Assembly: GCA_030704615.1 (NCBI GenBank)
Contig: CM060734.1
Location: 5,084,001 to 5,148,000 of the forward strand
Origin: Takakia lepidozioides
Taxonomy: Eukaryota; Plantae; Bryophyta
Direction: 5' to 3'
Length of the DNA: 64,000 bases
Shown here: piece by piece, positions 40,701-53,029 of the stretch
How positions within the stretch are numbered: position 1 is the stretch's first letter
Layout of the letters: every line of letters starts with the position of its first letter
The notes under the pieces: model-generated
The model's input: only the letters and a program-made list of their open reading frames with translations
What the model was told of the DNA's origin: nothing
The model's database searches: none
Translations under genes and position numbers: made by a program

Positions 40701-43700
40701 ATAATATATGTCTGTCTTCTCCTCCCTCTTTCTTCTCTCTCTTTCTGGGCCTCTGGCCGTTCGCACTGAACCTCATGATAAGTGCGGTGTTTGGAGAAGA
40801 AACCCTTTCCAAGCCCACCACGTATGGACTCAGCTGGCCTTGGGCAGCAACAAGGTTGTTAATGCCTGTGGCTACCTTGCCTCCGGCAGGTGGGGTTGTT
40901 TCCACTTTCTCTGCGTGGGCTCGAAATTTTCTATACCAGGCTACTACTTTCCAAATCTTCAATGGAAAAGGAATCGCTTTTCCATTTGATACGGGCAACA
41001 TCGACCCACCCGGTTCACTGTGCTCTTTTGAAGGCTTCTCATGTGCCACATGCAGTTTGTTCGGAGCCTACCTTTTAAGTGTCTGCTGTGGCTAGTTCCA
41101 GTATGATCTCATATGTACTAGTGAGCTCAAACCCCACAATTGGCTCCTGTTGGGACTAGCAACTGGGGCCGTCGCACATAGCTATATAAGTGGTATTCCC
41201 CGACATTCCTTTTCAGATGTCAACTGGATCTCCATTTCTCATTGTTGGTCGCCTGGACTGTTTTTCCTGTTTTATGTGTCATGGAGGAATCTGAGGGTTA
41301 TAATGGTTGTAATTTCAGTTACCTCATGTAGCATAGGAGACATTGGCATACTCACTTATGGGGTGGATTTGTAATGCTTGAGTGAATTGCAGATCTTTGA
41401 CAAGCTGTGCCAGTCATTTGGAGGAGACGTGTTGCAGGTGCTGATCAATTCAGCAGTTGCTGTAGGGGATTGTCCTTCAGATAGACTGATCAAGGAGTGG
41501 GCACAGTTCTGTCTGGACCAGGGCATTGCAATTTTCTCTTTCTATATCCTCTTTCTTCCTAGCTAGTGTCTTCAGTCATAGTAATTTCTGGATGGGAGGT
41601 GTATGCTCAACTTTGGATTTGAGAGGCCTAGAGCTCCAACCATGGTTCGTGGGTGTCTTGCTGACATTGGGGACTCTCTTTGGTGCCACTAGTTTTTCCA
41701 GGCTAATCTTGCATTTTCCAGGGGTGTTCTTTCTGGAAGATGTCTGTGAGAGATGTGTAACCTGTTGCAAGAAATCTACACATCATGGCCTAGTATTGAG
41801 TAATTAGTAGTTATCTCATGCCATGAACATGGCCAGTGAAAGGACTTTGCTTAGAGATTTTATGTGCAGGGATGGTACATTTGCTGGCCTTGACATCCAG
41901 GTGGGCACTGATGCACTCACTCATAATCATGTCGCAAGCCATCACAGTGTCGGCTGCCATCAACTCTCAAAATAATGCGCTTCTCACACTTCTCATTTCA
42001 AATAATTTTGCGGAGATAAAGAGTAACGTGTTCAAGCGACTGGGCAAAGAGAATCTGCACAAAATGGCATATCATGGTAGGTCTCTTAATCACTCCTGTC
42101 TATGTTGGCAAGAGCATAAAGTATGGAACAGGTTTGCAAGAGGTAAGAGCTCGTGTAGGACTGCAATTTTGAATGTTTGTGAGGTCTCGTTAGCTTTTGG
42201 GAGTGGCCGGGATTTCTGGGGCTTGCTATTCTGGGGGAGAAGTTGTCCAAGCCCTGCCCACAAATTAGGCATGCCTCGTCTTCTTTTGGACTGTGAGGTT
42301 GGATTTTCGAGATGCATGAGGTGTTGTTGACTGGAGATGGGTGTGGTGGTTGTAATTTTGGGCCAGATACGGTGGAGCGATTCCACATTATGGCACATCT
42401 GTTGTTTGTTTTAGCACAAAACTTTCAGAACAGTGAGGATGCCTGGGTGTTGAGTTTCGCTTATGTACGTGCTATATTCCATGGTATCTGGTTTCCTTGT
42501 TTCGCTTCCACAGAGAGCTTCATGATACCACTAGCTCAATATTTCCCCCCCGTGGGGCATGTGAATGACGTCTGCGCAAATACATCCTTAAGGATGTTCA
42601 AATCTATGCATGACTGGTTGAAATTCTTATGTCTTCTTCTATAGTCATTCATAGGCCACTGGTTCTGCACACTAATTTGTGAAGTTGTCATGCCGGAATT
42701 ACAGAATGCAGGGATGGTGTTGTTGTGCGAAATTCTGGTAGATGTAATTAAGCATGCGTTTTTGGCCAAATTCAATGAGATAAAGCCTGCTGCTTACTCA
42801 GAATTTCTCCAGGCACTTTGCAAGCAGGTAAGGCCTCTCACACACAATTCCTGGTGCTGAAATGGGGACGAGCTGGTCATCTCTTTGTCTATGTGTAAGT
42901 TGGATGCTTTCGCAGGTAGTGGCTTTAGAAATGTTCGTCAAATGCCCTGGGTTATGCTTGTACTACAATCTAGCTATCTGACAAACAGCTGAAAAATCTG
43001 CAGATGTAGTCTTTGCGAAGCTCTTGCTCAAGTCTTCAAACTTCTTTTAACCCTCTTAAACTCACGTTAATCATGGATGTTGCAAGTCAGACGCTGAACA
43101 GTCAATCACATGAAGTGCACAAGACTCTCCTGTTTGTGCCACTGGCGCCTGCTTGTGTGGTATGCTCTTCCTCCTCATGATTCCTTAGGAAGATGATTTG
43201 TGCTTGCCCTTGACAGCTTGCTTTCTCCTTTCTGGCCTTCTCTTTATCACTTGTGCTCATGCTGGAAATGTAGGTAGAGCTGGACAAACCATCTGAGCTT
43301 TTCATCAGGTTCTCAGTGGCTTAAGGCAAGATAGAGTGTCTTCCGGATTCTGACTCTCCAAGGGTTTTCCATACTGTGTTTTGGTCTGTCACCTACTTGA
43401 GTGTGAGCTCTATAGTTTCTTTATCCGTACATAATACACAGTCACCAGGAAATGCTGGGCAATACCACGCTTATCGTACCTTGTGGCTGGAATTCAATCT
43501 GTGAGAGGATATTCACTCAAGCCGTTGCGATCTACTCAAACCAGTCTCTGGTTTGGCAATAACTTCTAAATGCACATGGGATGCCTGCAGGTTTTGAGAG
43601 TATTGATCCCACTCTATGCTACATTCCTTCCTGCGGGACCCTTCTGGCGACGATGGATTGGAATATTGTTTCTTGGGGGAGGTACTTACGTCATCCTTCT

Positions 43701-43797
43701 TGCCTTAAAGATACTGGTGGGCCTGGGCTTGCAAATGCATGCCGTTTGGTACCTAAAACGATGTCGGTTTAAAGAAGGCCATCCTCATGCAGACTGA
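37786..43797 (+). CDS. POD1: POLLEN DEFECTIVE IN GUIDANCE 1 / TAPT1 (DUF747) ER membrane protein, 11 coding exons
   Basis: Approximate exons 37786-38851, 39120-39270, 39593-39699, 40125-40213, 40587-40660, 41393-41543, 41909-42076, 42367-42464, 42705-42827, 43091-43159, 43591-43797. Motifs RERVYNTMFHVPWRCE, VCLDSFL, IRGQATIKLYVVFNVLEIFDKL, LLISNNFAEIKSNVFK, DVIKHAFLAKFN. Confidence 0.93.
41544..41908 (+). other. U12-type AT-AC intron in POD1/TAPT1
   Basis: 5' ATATCCT, branch CCTTGAC at 41888-41894, 3' AC 15 nt after the branch A. Removal gives in-frame ...IFSF-L-MHSLII... Confidence 0.9.
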
Positions 43798-44459
43798 GTG
43801 CATGTCTCTGTTCCACCTCTTTAGGAATGACTTGGGAGGTTGAGGCTGCATTTGATCACACAGTAAGCAGCATGATATACTGTGTCTCTTGTCTTTGCTT
43901 TATCGCACACTGGTGTCTGAAAATTCGCTCTGGGTGGACAGCAGATTATAGACATAATATTTTTAAAATGTAGTGGTCCATTCAAGTCTTGAGTGAATTC
44001 AATTCTTTCATTGTAGCATGAAGCGCCCGGATTTGTGTTTCTTTAAGAAGCATCAACTATTCAGTTGGGTGTATCATGTTCTTGTGCAACTGTCTGTGGG
44101 TGCTCAAAGGTTTCCTAGTATCTTACTGTTTAGTAATTTCGTCTGAACAACTGCTAGTCAGTGTTATATCACTGGTGAACAGTAGGTTGAGAAACATCCA
44201 TCTTGAGTAGCTTAGAAAAGTACTTAGTTTCAATATTCATATTATATTCATATTGAAACTAACCTACAAAGTTATTTGATATTATCATACAATGCCAGTT
44301 GAATGTACTACATATGCATCTACCACAGAGAATGTATTGAACTTATGTAAGATACTTGTATGCCATTTTATTGCATATAAGAATAAGGCCAATCTCATGT
44401 ACAAGAAATACAGCAATTGATATAGGAAACAATGATGAGGCAACTGTTGTGTTTCCCTC

Positions 44460-47400
44460 TTAGCCTACTACAGCTTCCTTAACAGCTGAGGCTACAGCTT
44501 TGACTTTAGAAACAACTGCATCGACCAGAGGCTAATCTGTGTAGCCCTTCTCATCACTGTGGGGGTTCTTGCCATACCAAAACTTCACATCCATGCCACC
44601 TGGATTGAGTTCCTGTCCTGCAGCTAGCAAATCTGGCAGGTTTGCATTTGCCAGAAACAATACCCCAAAGGCAACCAGGTCTGCTGTGCCGCCTGCGACG
44701 TACTCCTCTGCCTGCATGGCAACGGCAAGATATCGAGGGCCTTACAGCAAGGGCCTTCACTCAGGAGTGGCTCAGGCTGCAATGCAGACAAACTAAACCT
44801 CCTGACAAGGTAGAATCGAAACTGCACCAGCCCCCAGCCAGGATGAGGGTAACAGGGGCAAAGTATGTCTTTGTATTCCCAGGTTGCAATACAGCCCCAA
44901 GATCTCTTTGCTGCATTTGACAACTTGGAAGCAAATGCAGTTCTTGATGGCAATCACAGCAAGCATCTGTTGTTGATTTTGCATCATACTGCATCTGGCC
45001 TTCCAGATATGCCACAGTGCATCCCAAATGAAACATCCACAGACACTGCTACTTTGCCGGAGATTTCAGAATGACAGCCTCTCTAATGATAGAGCTACTT
45101 CAAGGCGCATAGCATCAGCATCTTTTCAATGCAGGAGAATCAAACTAAAAATAGGATACGTATGTGAAGTTAGTTGCCAGAAGAGGGGGACTAACCTTTT
45201 CAGGTGACAAGCCACCATTGATCATCAGAGTCCCTTTAAAATGTTTGCGGAAGAACTGCCATATGTCCGTGTCAAAGTGTGGCTTTGATAGTCCGGCGAA
45301 ACTGTATAAATACGCAATCAGTACCATAGACTTCATCAGAAACTCAGCCCTGATAAAGTTCCTTTCTAACAAGTGACCACACAGGAGCAGGGATTCCCCT
45401 GCAGAGCTCTCTGCTTTTACCTTTGTGGAGTAGAGTGTGTTACCAGCAATGGTGGTGATACAAAAATTGGATTGTAATGTGGTCATTTTGCCTACATTAC
45501 TGAGTTTAAAGGCACTTACCACTTTAGCTTGTTATCACACTTGCTTTGAGTCGGTATTCCAACTGCACACCGCGGGCTGTGATAGAGCTATTCTCGCAAT
45601 TCCAGTTGAGGCCTAGATTGGAAAGAACTTGGAGGGGTTAGAACCAGTAGGGTCTATTCACCAAACATTATCCAGCCAAAGTATCAATGCTTCAAAGTTA
45701 GTTCTTTTGGGATCTCTATCTGTATCCACATCTCTTAGGTTTCTCCCTGAATCGCTTTGATGCATTAGAGGAAACAAAAGAGGTACCTGAAGTAAGGGGC
45801 GTAGTTAAGGCTGGAGAGGCACACATAGGCAAGGTTCCTCTTCTCCAACTCAGGCCCCAAGTAAGCTAACTGCTCCTTTGAGTCATCCTCGGGCTCAACG
45901 AGGTCACTGAAAGTTATTCCCTGCTGCAGCTTGATCGCAACTTTACCTGCCCCTATGGCCTCAACACAGGCATCTATTACCTGCACCCATTGAATAAACC
46001 ACAAAGATAGTTTTTGCAGTTGAGTTCATCAGAAGGCAGTGATGAGAAATGCAAGACATCCTTTTGGCTGAATGCATCAGACATTACCACACATGTGCAT
46101 GAAGCAATAATAAAAAAGTATAAACCCCTTTGAGGAGAAAGAAAGAAAGAGATAGAGGCTGCCAGGAGAGAGAGAGGGGGGAGACTGAAGAGAGACAGAC
46201 CTCAAGGACAAATCGTGCACGATTCTGAACGCTGCCACCGTATTGATCAGTCCGCAGATTGGTCGCCTTGGCCAGAAACTTCTGCAGCAAGTACCCATTT
46301 CCTGCACCCAAGACCAATCCAACAGTCCAGGAACAATCTGTGAGCCCGGTGTAAGTACCAGTGTGTGTTTCCATATAATGAGTACATTCTCTCATTGGTC
46401 TTCCTCAAACACAATGTGACTGTAATTAATAAGGGCAGCTAGAGTTAAGGTCAATTTCAAAAGTGGATGGTATGGCTGGGAGTGAGCTCCTGCAGGATCT
46501 TGATGAGATTATTGGGATAGATGGGGTTTCATCCCACAGAGTGACTGTCTGTAAGAGGCATCTACAAGGGAAATGCCCTACATTAAACAGTGCTCCTCAC
46601 TCCTGCAAAGGGAAGATGGGGATGTACCACAGTTGATGATGCCTTGAGAGAAGATGAAATTATCATCACATGCCCTATATACTAGCCTTTCGTGACTCAA
46701 AAATGGCACACTTTCAAGCAACAATGAAGAACAAGGTCGCAACGACAGCACACCTCCATGCAATTCAATGCCGTCAAAGCCCACCTCGATGGCTTGCTTT
46801 GCGGCTTCCACATACTCTGTAACAACCCCCGGAATTTCTTCTGTTTCCAGGGCCCGGGGCTCCTCATGTGGAGCCTGCATTGTACCAGCAGGTGAGAGCT
46901 CCTACTAGCATGTCCTAGCCCCATGATTCCAATCCATGCACGTACCGGGAAATACTATTGCTGGGTATGACGTTCGGAAGATACACCCCACTACATTTTG
47001 ATTGCTTCAGCCTTGCAGCTGTACGATTCGCATTGCTTGGATAGTTTCAGAAACCTTATTACCCCCCACATTGATGCATTTTCAAGAATTCAGGAAGACC
47101 AGAGAGACAACATCACCAATAACACCACCTTAGAGGGCTCTGTTCCCTACTATCTCCTGCCTCCTCCATATTCTGGGGCACTACATTCCTTTTTCTTAAT
47201 TGGTTGCCAGTTTTTCTGTTATATTTTCTCTGGCTAGAAGTAAAACTCATAGTGAGGTATGTACCTTTCCACCCTTGATGTGCACAAGCCCGCTCATCTT
47301 GACTGCCGATGGGGCCACTGGAAGTTGGTTATTCGGAAGCAGTGATGAGTGTGAGACACGGCCTGCGTGCATTATCTGGCAGTAGATAAAACCACCCTTT

Positions 47401-47870
47401 CGGTGGATCTCTTCTACAACCAGCGTCCATCCCTCAAGGTGCGCATCAGTGTACAACCCTGGCGCTCGGATATAGCCCCTCCCATTGGCAGATGGAGCAG
47501 TACCATCAAGCTCTTAACAGTCAGGAGCAAAGAGCAGCCAATCAACAGGATAGTATCTTCACACCACCCCAATCAGAAACTAGTCTCTCAGGGCAGCCCA
47601 TCCCCTGCCCCCACCTTTTGTCTCTGTCATGTGACAATCTCATTCATATCAAATTAAGAAATGTAAGGTGGCATATTGAGCAGGGGTAGACCTTCTGCGA
47701 CGATAAGGCCTCCTTCTGATGTGCGCTGAGAATAGTACTTCTTGTTCAAGTCTCGGGCTGCCTCTGTGATGGGATCATTCCCAGGTCCGGGTCATTGCTG
47801 ACATGACCACCCTATGTTTCAAAGTTATGTCACCTACTGGTGTAGGTGAGAGCAGATTGTCGTACCCCAT
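44460..47870 (-). pseudogene. Old Yellow Enzyme / OPR-family NADH:flavin oxidoreductase, probably disabled, 7 coding exons
   Basis: Exons 47870-47692, ~47483-47265, 46874-46754, 46301-46201, 45980-45787, 45301-45196, 44711-44460. Motifs [48 protein letters not shown]. Lesions: +1 frameshift near 47781, TG instead of AG at the expected exon-2 acceptor, TAG at 44532-44534. Confidence 0.85.
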
Positions 47871-48507
47871 TGTACTATTTCTGCACCCCACACACACACA
47901 AAGTCGAGCCTCAATCGCTCCAAGTTTTCTGTCAAAAGGAGATTGTCAAAGCACTGTTGGTTGATGACTGGGGCACTGATGTGCTTGGTGCTCCCCTTAC
48001 CTTCAATGAGCTCCTGCTTCTACTTCACCAAAGATGAATCCAGGCACCACGAGAGAGAGAGAGAGAGAGCGCAAGACACTGTGAGTTTCAGGACTAGGGA
48101 AGTTTTCACCATGTGTAACTCACCACGACTTTGACCATTTGTGGACATCATTACAGTTCTCGTAGAGATCTACATGATCATGTTACTCACTACCACAAAA
48201 GTATTGCTAGTGACAGTTGCCAACTAGGTCTCAAAACGATGTAGCAATGCCCATTGTCTTGCTTGCATCCTCGTCAACTCCCTGGTCAACACCACCTCTA
48301 CCAGGGAAGATTAAAACATTACCGTTTACTACAATCCTGATTAGCTATGTCCTAGTCGACACTCCTGCGAGCAATACAGATGGTGGGGCGAAAAATCCAG
48401 TATAGAATATCCCACCCCTCTCCAGGTGCTCCCTCAGAAATTCCCTCAGGAATTCGGATTTTAGAAGAAGCAGGCTACGTGTACAATGACACTGTTCGTA
48501 GGTGCCT

Positions 48508-48509
<2 letters not shown>

Positions 48510-48543
<34 letters not shown>
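48510..48543. repeat. (GA)n microsatellite
   Basis: Direct reading. Similar shorter tracts at ~29121-29141, ~48051-48069 and ~58504-58520. Confidence 0.95.
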
Positions 48544-48545
<2 letters not shown>

Positions 48546-49363
48546 GGGGTAAGTAAGAGCTAGTACATGATGACGCTACTTTAGAGTTTATAGATGGACT
48601 TAGTAGGAGTAATTAGAAGCGCACACCCACCTTTCAGACTTCAAATCTATTGAAATCTCTTACACCTTTTTCTGCTCTCTACCGTCGACACCATCAAAGT
48701 AGTTGTACTCTATCTGTGTCTTCCATGTCTCTGTAAGCCTAATGCTCCTCCTCCTTTCCTTTCTTTGAGCCGCGGACGTTATAGAGTACCATTTCATTTC
48801 ATTTCATTTCTTATTATATCTCATCGCATTCAACTTAGAGCTACCGCGATCACAGTCACAAGAAACAAACTTGCGGCATAAGTCGCAGCTGTAATGCTTC
48901 AAGTCAACTGAGCTCCAATCTTCACACCACTCCTTGAATATTCTCCTTCCTCACACTACCAGCGAGCAAGAGCGCTCTCCATCGGTGGGAACTGGTATCT
49001 CGCAGTCCCGCTGCCTCCGAAGACACAGCTTCTCTATTGGCGATCCGATCCCAGGAACGGCAACGTCTGATGTCTGATCACGAATGCCCGCATCTCCGTC
49101 GTTTTCACAGTCTCCGACCTCCGCACTTTGTACTCTGCACGGCGCACTGTGTGAACTATCCCTCGCAGGATAGGTGTAGTGAAGCTTCGTCAGGCCTGTG
49201 CACTCGTGCCTATTTCCGTGGTACCAGATCCTATTTCCACCACATAGACACTCAAATCAAGGAATGCCTTCCCCCATATAGAGAGGGAGGTAACGAGGGA
49301 AAAGAAGGAAAGGGAGACTAGAAGGTACGCAACACAGAGCTACAAATCCAAGTGGGTCTTTAT

Positions 49364-52300
49364 CTATCCACACACTCCTTGCCTCATGTAAAATTTCAAA
49401 TACTGAGAACCGCCGGTTATGAAAATGTTCTCACTGGTCTCGCCAGGGCAATGCAGAGCTCTGGCTTTTGAGACCTGGATGTAGTTTAGAAGAATTTGTA
49501 CTTGGGAGAGCTGGCTGTTGGACCAGGGTCTGTAGAAGTGCTTGACCAGAGGCCACAGGATGGCGGGTGCCTGACATTGCAGCAAGCAGTGTTCAAGGGT
49601 TTCGATTACTGCCGATGAGCAGCATCTGCATAGAAGAGTATCTTCCGAACCCAGCCACTCTCGTACTTTCAACACTCTATTTGCTATTTGCCATAGAAAG
49701 GCCGCTATCTTTGCTAGCCTTGTTTTGTTCCAGATCGTTCCCCAGATGGAATTCCAATTCTCCTCGTTGAAGTGGAAATGACTCCATCGTTCATTCCATT
49801 TTGCCTGCATTGGCTGAGGGTTGGAAAATGCCCGGTAGGCCGATTTAGTGGTGTATTCTAGAAAGGAGACTTTGAAGGGTTTGAATGACCATTCCCACTC
49901 CTTGGGATCAAACTCCAAGTCTGTTAGTGGCCTTCCTGATATCCACACGAAGGTTTCAGATCTTAGCCATTCCTGCAGGGTAACAGTTAAGGGTGGAATG
50001 GGGTCCATGATTCTGGACTTGGAGGACCACCAGCAAATTCTTATGGGGGTGTGGGGAAATGTAGGAAATGTGAGGGGGTAGACACTTTGCAGGTTGAGTC
50101 TCATTGTATCCGTGTTTACCAGGAATGGATATCCCTTGAGAGACAAAGGGAGGGTTTCTGTAACAAAGATGACTGTTATTTTTCCATGTATGATGCATAG
50201 AGTCCAGAAATGGGTTTCAAGGTTGCTTGGTCCCTCCTGGAGATTCGGCAGCCACAGCTCCGCCGCCTCTTGAATGACAATGTCATAGGAATAGTTAGCT
50301 CTGTTTTTCCCTAATATGGAGGATATGTCTTCCTTTGGAATGAAAGAGTTGGTTCTCCATATGTCCGTGACCCTGCGAACTCCTTTGAGGTCCCAAGCAG
50401 ACCATTTTTTAGCCTAGTTCTTCTGAGCCCTAGTGGGGTTGTTCGTGTTCAGGAATAGGGCTTGCCGCAGGGTATCATCGTAAGATGATGGCGCCTTTTT
50501 GGAGAGGAGGGGGCGAAGCTTGGACCACGACGTCCAGATGGACTTCCATAGTGAGCAGGGCACAAGTTTTGCTCCAGTTTACCTTAAAACCGGAGGCCAT
50601 ACAGAAGTTTTGAAGGGTAAGGAAGGCTCTGTCCAGATTGGCTTTCGTTGCTTGCAGGGCCAAGAAGGTGTCGTCTGCAAACATGGATTCTATGATCTGG
50701 GCTGGTTGCTGGGTTATATGGTTGGTTATGTTGAGTCCGTGGATGGTCCTATCAGCCTGCAACATGTGACCCAAAGTGTCTATTGCTATCAGAAATAAAA
50801 AGGGGGATAGAGGGCATCCCTGGCGAACAGAACGAAGCAGGGAGAATGGTTTAGAAAGGTATCCATTGACGAGAACTCTACTCGAAGAGCCCATGAGGAG
50901 GGTTTTAACCTGATCACAGAAAAATTGCGGTAGGCCTATTCTGCGGAGGGCCCCTAAAAGAAATGACCATTCTACCCTATCGAAGGCCTTCTCGAAGTCT
51001 AGGAGGAGCAGGGCTATGGCTTGATTTGTCTCTTTGGCATAGAAGGGTAGTTCCTGGGCGAGCAGAAGGTTATCTAATATGTATCTTCCTTTAATAAATC
51101 CTGTCTGACTCGGACGAATGATGGTTGGAAGATGGGGCTGCAGGCGAATAGCTAGGGCTTTTGCGATGATTTTGTAGGCAACGTTGAGCAGGGTTATGGG
51201 TCTGTAGTTGGCGATATTTGTCATGTCCCCCTTCTTGAAGATGAGGATGATGATGCCTTGAGATAACTGGTGGGCATTCTATGTTCCTGGAAGATGTAGT
51301 GGGCCATGAGCAGAAAATCATTGACGATGTCTTTCCATACTGCTTTGTAAAATTCCACTGGGATTCCATCCAGTCTCAGTGTTTTGTTTAGCATTCTTGG
51401 AGAGAATGACAGACACTGATTTTGGATTGGGGTGGGGGGAAGGGGGGGCAGATTGCTATGGAAGAGGGACTGAAAATGGCTGGCAGCCAGAATGGCCATG
51501 TCCTTGGGGTTAGTGGCTGGTGATCCTACATTTTGGCTAGACAGCTCCGCTATAGATTGGGAGGCTCTGTTTTGTCTAGCTTCGTCGAAGAAGTACTTGC
51601 ACATTTTTTCCCCCTTCGCGGCCCAATTGATTCTAGCCTGTAGTCTAAGTTTTCCCTCTTGTGAAGATTGAAGCAACTCCAAGTTTCTTTTTGCCTCCAG
51701 GTATGTTTGGTATGTTGCTTCGTCACATCTAGGGGATTCCATTCTTGTCTGGCGTACCCTAAGGCATTTTTTGAGAGCTACGAGTTTCCTCTTCCTAACC
51801 TCTGCTATGTGCTTACTAAGCTTTTTACTCTCTGTGCAGACTGCTTTGAGTTTGGAATGAAAACGATCAGCGGGGTTCAAGCAGTCTTCCCCCGACAGAT
51901 CCCAAACTCGAAGCAAGCTTGCCTTGAAGGCAGGGATCTTAAGGAGGGATGCATTCATTCTGTAAACCCCTCTTCCCCTGGTACTGGTGTTTGGGATTTG
52001 GATAGCTGTTGTGACCTGTGCATGATCAAAGCCTGGTGGAATGGGTTCCTGAGGGAGCCTGGATGCCCACTGAATAATGTTCATAGATGTGTAGATCCGG
52101 TCTAAACGGGCCATCTGGAGGTCAGCGAGGGTTCTATTGTTGGTCCAAGTGAAGGTGGGGTGTGGGTCGGTTCCCTGATTCTGATGGATGGTTTCCGTTT
52201 CTACAAGGTTGTGGTTTTGGACTAACTGCAGCCAGGTATTAAGGTCCTCCGCTGGGGGGGCTAGGCCAGATCCTCTACGGTCATGCTGGTTTTCTGTCAT

Positions 52301-52637
52301 GTTGAAGTCTCCAGCCAAGATCCATTGGGAGATGGCTGGGTGTTCTTGCATTTTGGTGTCTAAGAGAGACCAGAAATCTAATCTTTCTAGGGGGTTGTTA
52401 GGTGCGTAAATGTTGACTAGGCCTAGCGTACCCTGATTGTTGGGTAAAGAAAGAGCACAGAATTGCTGCCAGGGACCCATATGTTTTCCATAGAGATGAG
52501 GGGATGGATTGCAGATGAGAAGAGAATAGCGGTACCACCCCTAGATCCTGCGGAGGTGGGTTTCCAAAGAGCGAGAACTTTTGGCCATAGATTTGTCCTG
52601 ATTTGTGAGCGGTCGCACCCAGGTGTCTCTTTTTCAT
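49364..52637 (-). mobile_element. L1-clade LINE ORF2 remnant (APE endonuclease, RT, zf-RVT), 5'-truncated and internally deleted
   Basis: LVNIYAPN, WILAGDFN, FTW, ARLDRIY. NYRPITLLN, LDFEKAFDRVEW, RQGCPLSP, FADD. CRCC..ETLEHCLLQC. Frameshifts and missing blocks near 51380 and 50530. Confidence 0.96.
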
Positions 52638-53029
52638 TTCTTACTGAATTTTAAGAAAAACGAAATCATCTCCAAGTAATCACCTTGTTCAAAATCTACA
52701 GAACCATATGAGTATAATCAAAAGTTGATATGAATGAGATAGTAAAACAGAACCTTCCCTGCTTGCAGCTTGGGTAATAGAACGTTCCTGCAACATTTTC
52801 AGTAACTTGTCCAAGCTCCCTCAAATCCAGCCCAACCCCAGTCTGTGGTTGCTATTAGGAAGATAGTTATGAAACAGGGAAAAACTAGGAACATTGCAGA
52901 TCACAACTCATCACACAATCTTGCAAATGACTACCATCTGGCAAAACTGGTGGTATATTAATATTGAAGATTTTGGAATCAGAGGAAGTATACTTTGTCC
53001 GCCGGAGGCAAGGCAAACACCTAGCAACA

